Shown piece after piece: positions 58,713 to 64,000 of a stretch of 64,000 bases of DNA. The DNA is taken from assembly GCA_051294375.1 (NCBI GenBank), contig CM119263.1:19615377-19679376 (forward strand), read 5' to 3'. Source of the stretch: Paraspadella gotoi. Its lineage: Eukaryota > Animalia > Chaetognatha. Numbering within the stretch: the stretch's first letter is position 1; every line of letters begins with the position of its first letter. Under the pieces are notes generated by a model. The model did not search any database. It saw nothing but the letters and a program-made list of their open reading frames with translations, and was not told the DNA's origin. The position numbers and the translations under genes were made by a program.

Positions 58713-59629
58713 CCTCCCTTTCCTCCCTCTTTCTACACAACATAAATCCTGGAGTGGAAGATCAACGGCGTAATCCTGAAGGAGGAGACGAAGGGGGGGG
58801 TGAGAGTGGGAGAGGAAGAGGAGGCGGAAAGGTGAACGATAGAAAGGAGGAAGAGAAAGGGGAAAAAAGGAGGAGGACGAGGAAGAGGAGGAGGAAGGGA
58901 CGACAAGGAGACTGGAAACTCTTTTTTTTTTCCTTCTGAAAATGGAATTTTTTTTTCCTTCCAATTTTCGAGAGTTTTTCCTTCGACGAGGATTCTTCCT
59001 TTTGTGTCGTCAATGACGTCATTGGCGGCGACCTCAAAGCCGGCGACTTCAGCTGTCACCCGGCGCCGCCGTTCCGCGCGGAGAGCTGGGGTGGATGGGG
59101 TAGCTGGGGGGTGATGGGGTTGAGGGGAGGAAATAGGAGGCCTCTCAATCTCTCCTACTAATGCGGTCCCTTGAAGGAGGCGAACCCTCGATAAGAAATG
59201 TCTACCGAAATCTAATCTTGAATGAACAGAAAACTTAAAACTCGCGGGTTTGTGAGGAATTCTTTAAATCAAATCCGAAAATGCGTAACTTCAATTTGAT
59301 CTCGTGGTTTCTCCCGCTACGATATGATTGCATCTACATCTACAACTACATCGCAATAAGATCACCAGTTGGGAGTTTCGAAAAGGAACACACCTACTCT
59401 CCCACGCAAGACAAAATGACGCCGACGACGACGACGACGACGACGATCTTACCGAAGTCTATGTTTTTCCATCCTTTGAGTCGTCGACGTTTTTGGAAAC
59501 AAACGCGTTCCACCGACGCTTTTCTCTCGTTTCCGCTTCGATCGTCCACGATACGAGAATCCCATTTTTATATATGGGCTCCCAAAACCCAAAACAGCTT
59601 TCTGTTAAATGGTAACCGCTGCTCTCTCG

Positions 59630-59710
<81 letters not shown>

Positions 59711-60834
59711 CTCCCCCCCCTTACTCTCACCCCAGAAAAAAAAACTTCTCCCATCGTCCCAAGCGGACGACAGTATGCAAATGAGAATATTGTTAATTCA
59801 GTCGCGAAATATTCCAACGCGACGCTCACCTCATGAAAACGTTATTTATGCTTATGGAGCCAATTAAGGAAAGAAGAGGCGGTAATAACGCGCTTGACGG
59901 GGCGTGGAGAGCGAGAGATTGGGAGGCTGAGGTTTAAGGTGAAATGATAAAGGTAGAGAGAAGCATGACAAAGAATGAAGAACTAAAAAATAGGGAAAAA
60001 GGGGAAAGAATAGAATTAAGATTGGAAGTTAGAAAGACTGAAAATAAACCTATAAAAAAATAAAAGAATAAAAATTAGAAATGAAAAAAAAAGACAGAAG
60101 GAAAGAATAAATGAAAGGAAATTTGAAGGATTTTATGAGTAAAAAACTATTTATCAAAAGAAAAACGAGAACGATCATTAAAAAGAATAAGAAATAGCCT
60201 AAAACTGTCAAAGATATCCATATTAAAGAGACGATAGACGAAAAACACGGTATCTCCTTTAATAAAGCCTATCAGAAAGTATAGCCTATAGGGATGAATA
60301 ATCGGAGGGGGGAAAAAGGGAAAGAAAACAAAGATATTAAGAAAGAGACGAACGCACGTTATCGCTCTTTCCTTCGCTCCCAAGAGGCCGCCTCCGCCGG
60401 GCCGACTGCCGCGCGACGAAATGATTTGTTGCGTTGTTCATCTGTTTTTTCGTTCCTTGCTTCGTGAGCCTACAGGATTCGCCGCTTCGGTCGCTCGGCG
60501 CTGCGGTTTCCCCCCCGTTCCGCCATCTTTTAGACCAGGAGCCGCCCTAATATATCGGCGTCGTCGTCGCCGTCGTCGTCGTCTTCGCTGTCGTCGCTGT
60601 CGTCGTCGTCGTTCCTCATTCGACAAATCACTTGCCACCGACGACTCCAGATGGCTGCTCCTCTGGGAAAGTTTGAAAAGGAGGAGGAGAGGAAAATTAG
60701 TCATTCGTTTGATTTTTTTTTCCCTTTTTATTTGTTGTCGTAGTCTTCGTCGTCTTTATCGCTTCCGTCGTAGCGTCGTCACCTTAGGTCCTAGCAATAA
60801 AAAGGTCGTTGACTTTCTATGAGGAAACTACAAA

Positions 60835-60876
<42 letters not shown>

Positions 60877-61697
60877 TATATCTTTTCTATTACGCGTCGT
60901 CATCCGCGTTGTTTTTTCCTAATTATTTCGGAATTTCGGAATCGAAACCGGATCTTTTGTTGTTTACGCTGGTCGTTTTGGCAACGGAAAGAAACGTTTT
61001 ATCGCTGTTTATCCCTGTTTTTCTTTTTAATTTTTCCTTTTTTTTTTAAATTTATTTATTTTTTTTTATAGCGTTGAGTCTTGTTTTTTGCTTTTCTCCT
61101 AGAATCCGTCTCATGTTATTTTTCTTATTTTTTTTTGCGTTCTTTCTGTGAAGAATAATAAACAGCTGCTGATTTTTTTTTTATTTCACAACATGTTTAT
61201 AGTCAGATCACATAACTTTTCACTCAATAACTCTCCTTTAAAATCACTTACTTATAGAGCAACTCCCCTGCTCTCCAACGGCTTTTCTAACCAACCTGTT
61301 TTCTTTAAACCTCGCTAGATTTATTCAAAAACGCGGCAAAGCCGCGAAATATCGGCGGTAAATCATATTTTTTCTCGTACGCATATACATAGTTTTACGT
61401 ATATTAAGCGTTTTAGGCTTGAATTACATCCGTAGTTGTTTCGCCAGGCTTCTTTTCAGAAGCCGAGCATGCGTTAAAAGCCATCTTTTTCCCGTATGTA
61501 ATCCGATTTGACGTGAGCCGCACGGTTGCGCTTGAAGTCGGCAAAGTCAGTCGTTTGCTGTGCGATTTTTTTTAGCTTCTCGTTTCGCGTCGTCGTTATT
61601 TAAAGTTACTATAATTAATCCTCGCTCCACTCTCACTCCCTCTCCACCCCCGACCACGCCTCCTACCCACACGACCACCACCTACCCACAACCAAAG

Positions 61698-61828
61698 GTG
61701 AGGGCGTGGAGAAGCTCTTCGCCGGACGCAACCTCAACGATCGTCGGTGGCACACTGTCCTCATTCGAAGGAACGAGCAGGAGACCGTGCTGCAAGTCGA
61801 CGAGGAAGTGAAGAGCGTCCCTTCCAAG
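61698..61828 (+). CDS. nrxn: Alpha-neurexin exon 3 (LNS1 continued); 3' boundary uncertain
   Basis: AG at 61696-61697. The phase-1 join with exon 2 gives (G)EGVEKLFAGRNLNDRRWHTVLIRRNEQETVLQVDEEVKSVPSK, which has the laminin-G 'LND..WH.V...R......L.VD' motif. It ends either at a weak donor AAG|GTCAAG or reads on into the N-gap at 61844. Confidence 0.88.
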
Positions 61829-61843
61829 GTCAAGATTGATTGG

Positions 61844-62253
61844 NNNNNNNNNNNNNNNNNNNNNNNNNNNNNNNNNNNNNNNNNNNNNNNNNNNNNNNNN
61901 NNNNNNNNNNNNNNNNNNNNNNNNNNNNNNNNNNNNNNNNNNNNNNNNNNNNNNNNNNNNNNNNNNNNNNNNNNNNNNNNNNNNNNNNNNNNNNNNNNNN
62001 NNNNNNNNNNNNNNNNNNNNNNNNNNNNNNNNNNNNNNNNNNNNNNNNNNNNNNNNNNNNNNNNNNNNNNNNNNNNNNNNNNNNNNNNNNNNNNNNNNNN
62101 NNNNNNNNNNNNNNNNNNNNNNNNNNNNNNNNNNNNNNNNNNNNNNNNNNNNNNNNNNNNNNNNNNNNNNNNNNNNNNNNNNNNNNNNNNNNNNNNNNNN
62201 NNNNNNNNNNNNNNNNNNNNNNNNNNNNNNNNNNNNNNNNNNNNNNNNNNNNN
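61844..62253. other. Assembly gap within the neurexin gene; other gaps at 129-414, 7851-7875, 11350-11496, 12315-12339, 34221-34245, 44595-44619, 49703-49844, 62451-62739, 63025-63058
   Basis: Runs of N. Confidence 0.99.
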
Positions 62254-63823
62254 TTGAACGGAGCGGAAAATGACTGCGGCTTTAACTTTTCCGCGTCTTC
62301 CATTTTTGTTTCGTCATTTTTCGTTCGAATTTTTTCTACTATTTTCTATTTTCTATTTTCTATTTTCTACTATTTCTGTTATATTGTTGAGATGTATAAC
62401 TGTATATACGATGAGGATACAAAGAATATGACGGAGAAAACTTAGACAAANNNNNNNNNNNNNNNNNNNNNNNNNNNNNNNNNNNNNNNNNNNNNNNNNN
62501 NNNNNNNNNNNNNNNNNNNNNNNNNNNNNNNNNNNNNNNNNNNNNNNNNNNNNNNNNNNNNNNNNNNNNNNNNNNNNNNNNNNNNNNNNNNNNNNNNNNN
62601 NNNNNNNNNNNNNNNNNNNNNNNNNNNNNNNNNNNNNNNNNNNNNNNNNNNNNNNNNNNNNNNNNNNNNNNNNNNNNNNNNNNNNNNNNNNNNNNNNNNN
62701 NNNNNNNNNNNNNNNNNNNNNNNNNNNNNNNNNNNNNNNGCTATAAAGTAAGTTTGAATTTTTCGGCGCAATTAGATATCGCAATAAAAATCATGAAAAT
62801 TCTTTAAATTAAAAAAGGTTTTCATCCCGCTCACGTTTTTTTTTTCATTATTGCTTTAACCATCAACCGTCAGAGACATTGATTAATATTTTTTCGTCGT
62901 CGTCGTTGTCGTCGTCGTCGTCGTCCCTCCTTCATTTCTCTTCCATTTTTTCTCCTCAGTCGCGCCATTCCATGTTCTTCTCGAACTTTCACCAAATTTT
63001 CATAAGAATCCCATTTCTTTTTTCNNNNNNNNNNNNNNNNNNNNNNNNNNNNNNNNNNCGGCTAAATTATTTAATTCCGGCTGCTGCTCTCTAATCGCTC
63101 TCTGTCTCGACTCGCTCGTCTCTCGCTCGATCTCTCCTCTCTCTGCATCCTCTCTCTCATCCATCGATGCTCACATTCTTCTCTCGATCCTCGTCTCATG
63201 CATCTCTAGTCTCATATGTCATATATTAAAATATTTATTCAAGATCTAAGATTCTGAAAATGTCAGCAGAGGTTTATGGACATTTTATAACCACCAGTCT
63301 CGAATACCGCGTGAAGTTCGGCATCGTTAGAATGAAGAAATTCTTGTCGCATAGATTCTCGTGCTCTAGTTTCTATCACTCTCTGTTCTCTCCTCAAAAT
63401 AGCCAAACTCTGCCGATGAAAAATTCAGTTGCATTCAAGGAAAGTTGAGAAAATTTTATGTCGACACTCCACTCTATAACTTATGAATAAGAGAAATGAA
63501 AAGGTTCTTGAATTTTAATTTCCTCAAAAAATTTGGTAAAATTTTTTTTTTCTCGGTTTAATGGAGTTGAGAACAAATATTTCCTCGGGATTAGAAAGTA
63601 ATTTTGCGAGTCTCTCACGAAATCCAAACTTAAGCTTTTTGAGTGGAGCTCAAAAAGTCTTTTTTATCTCGAAAAGCTTTTATTTTTTTCGAGCTCGAAA
63701 AGCGTTGAGATAGACACAGAAATTAAAAACGAAAAATTGTTTGTCATTTAATATATTTTATGAACGACTGTTCTTTAAATTTGATTACAAAACGTAAACC
63801 ATATTTCGTTACTCTCTCTTTAG

Positions 63824-63944
63824 GAAGCGGGCCAACTCAACATCTGCGAGCGATCCTCACCCTGCGACGCTGGATGCGACTGCATCGTTGTGGATGTGGC
63901 TCCCGGTTACAAATGCGACTGCTCGCCAAAGATTTGCGGAGAGG
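63824..63944 (+). CDS. nrxn: Alpha-neurexin exon encoding the first EGF-like repeat
   Basis: Acceptor ctctctctttag|, donor G|GTAAGT, phase 0 to 1. Translation EAGQLNICERSSPCDAGCDCIVVDVAPGYKCDCSPKICGE is an EGF-like Cys pattern in the position expected after LNS1 (LNS-EGF-LNS architecture). Confidence 0.82.
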
Positions 63945-64000
63945 GTAAGTTCGTGTTATTTGTCTCGCAAAGTTTAATTGCTTCATTAATCATTACTACA

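Noticed and set aside
63260-63448. ORF MSAEVYGHFITTSLEYRVKFGIVRM as the missing LNS1 end
   Set aside because: Only a faint resemblance, without the GG.P motif or convincing splice sites.

Overview
This is draft-assembly genomic DNA from a eukaryote, most likely an invertebrate animal. It has 10 N-gaps and is very rich in microsatellites ((GA)n, (GAC)n, (GAA)n, (TTTC)n). Almost all ORFs in the supplied track are translations of these simple repeats. The one well-supported gene is the 5' part of an alpha-neurexin on the + strand. Four coding exons are visible (55779-55913, 56117-56258, 61698-~61828, 63824-63944), encoding a signal peptide, most of the first laminin-G (LNS1) domain and the first EGF-like repeat; the gene continues beyond the window. 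The ~55 kb upstream is largely non-coding. It contains a decayed, CpG-poor gag-like retroelement remnant (~45.0-47.9 kb), a highly structured SINE-like element with an (ACATA)n tail (~4.35-4.62 kb) and three large inverted duplications. Each inverted duplication abuts an exactly 25-N gap, so they are most likely long-read gap-filling chimeras rather than biology. I found no evidence for a clearly new biological system. The best leads are a 7-cysteine neurexin EGF repeat, a YCAY-rich acceptor before exon 3, intronic echoes of the exon-2 end, recurrent YY1/Pho motifs among GAGA tracts, and the structured SINE-like element.
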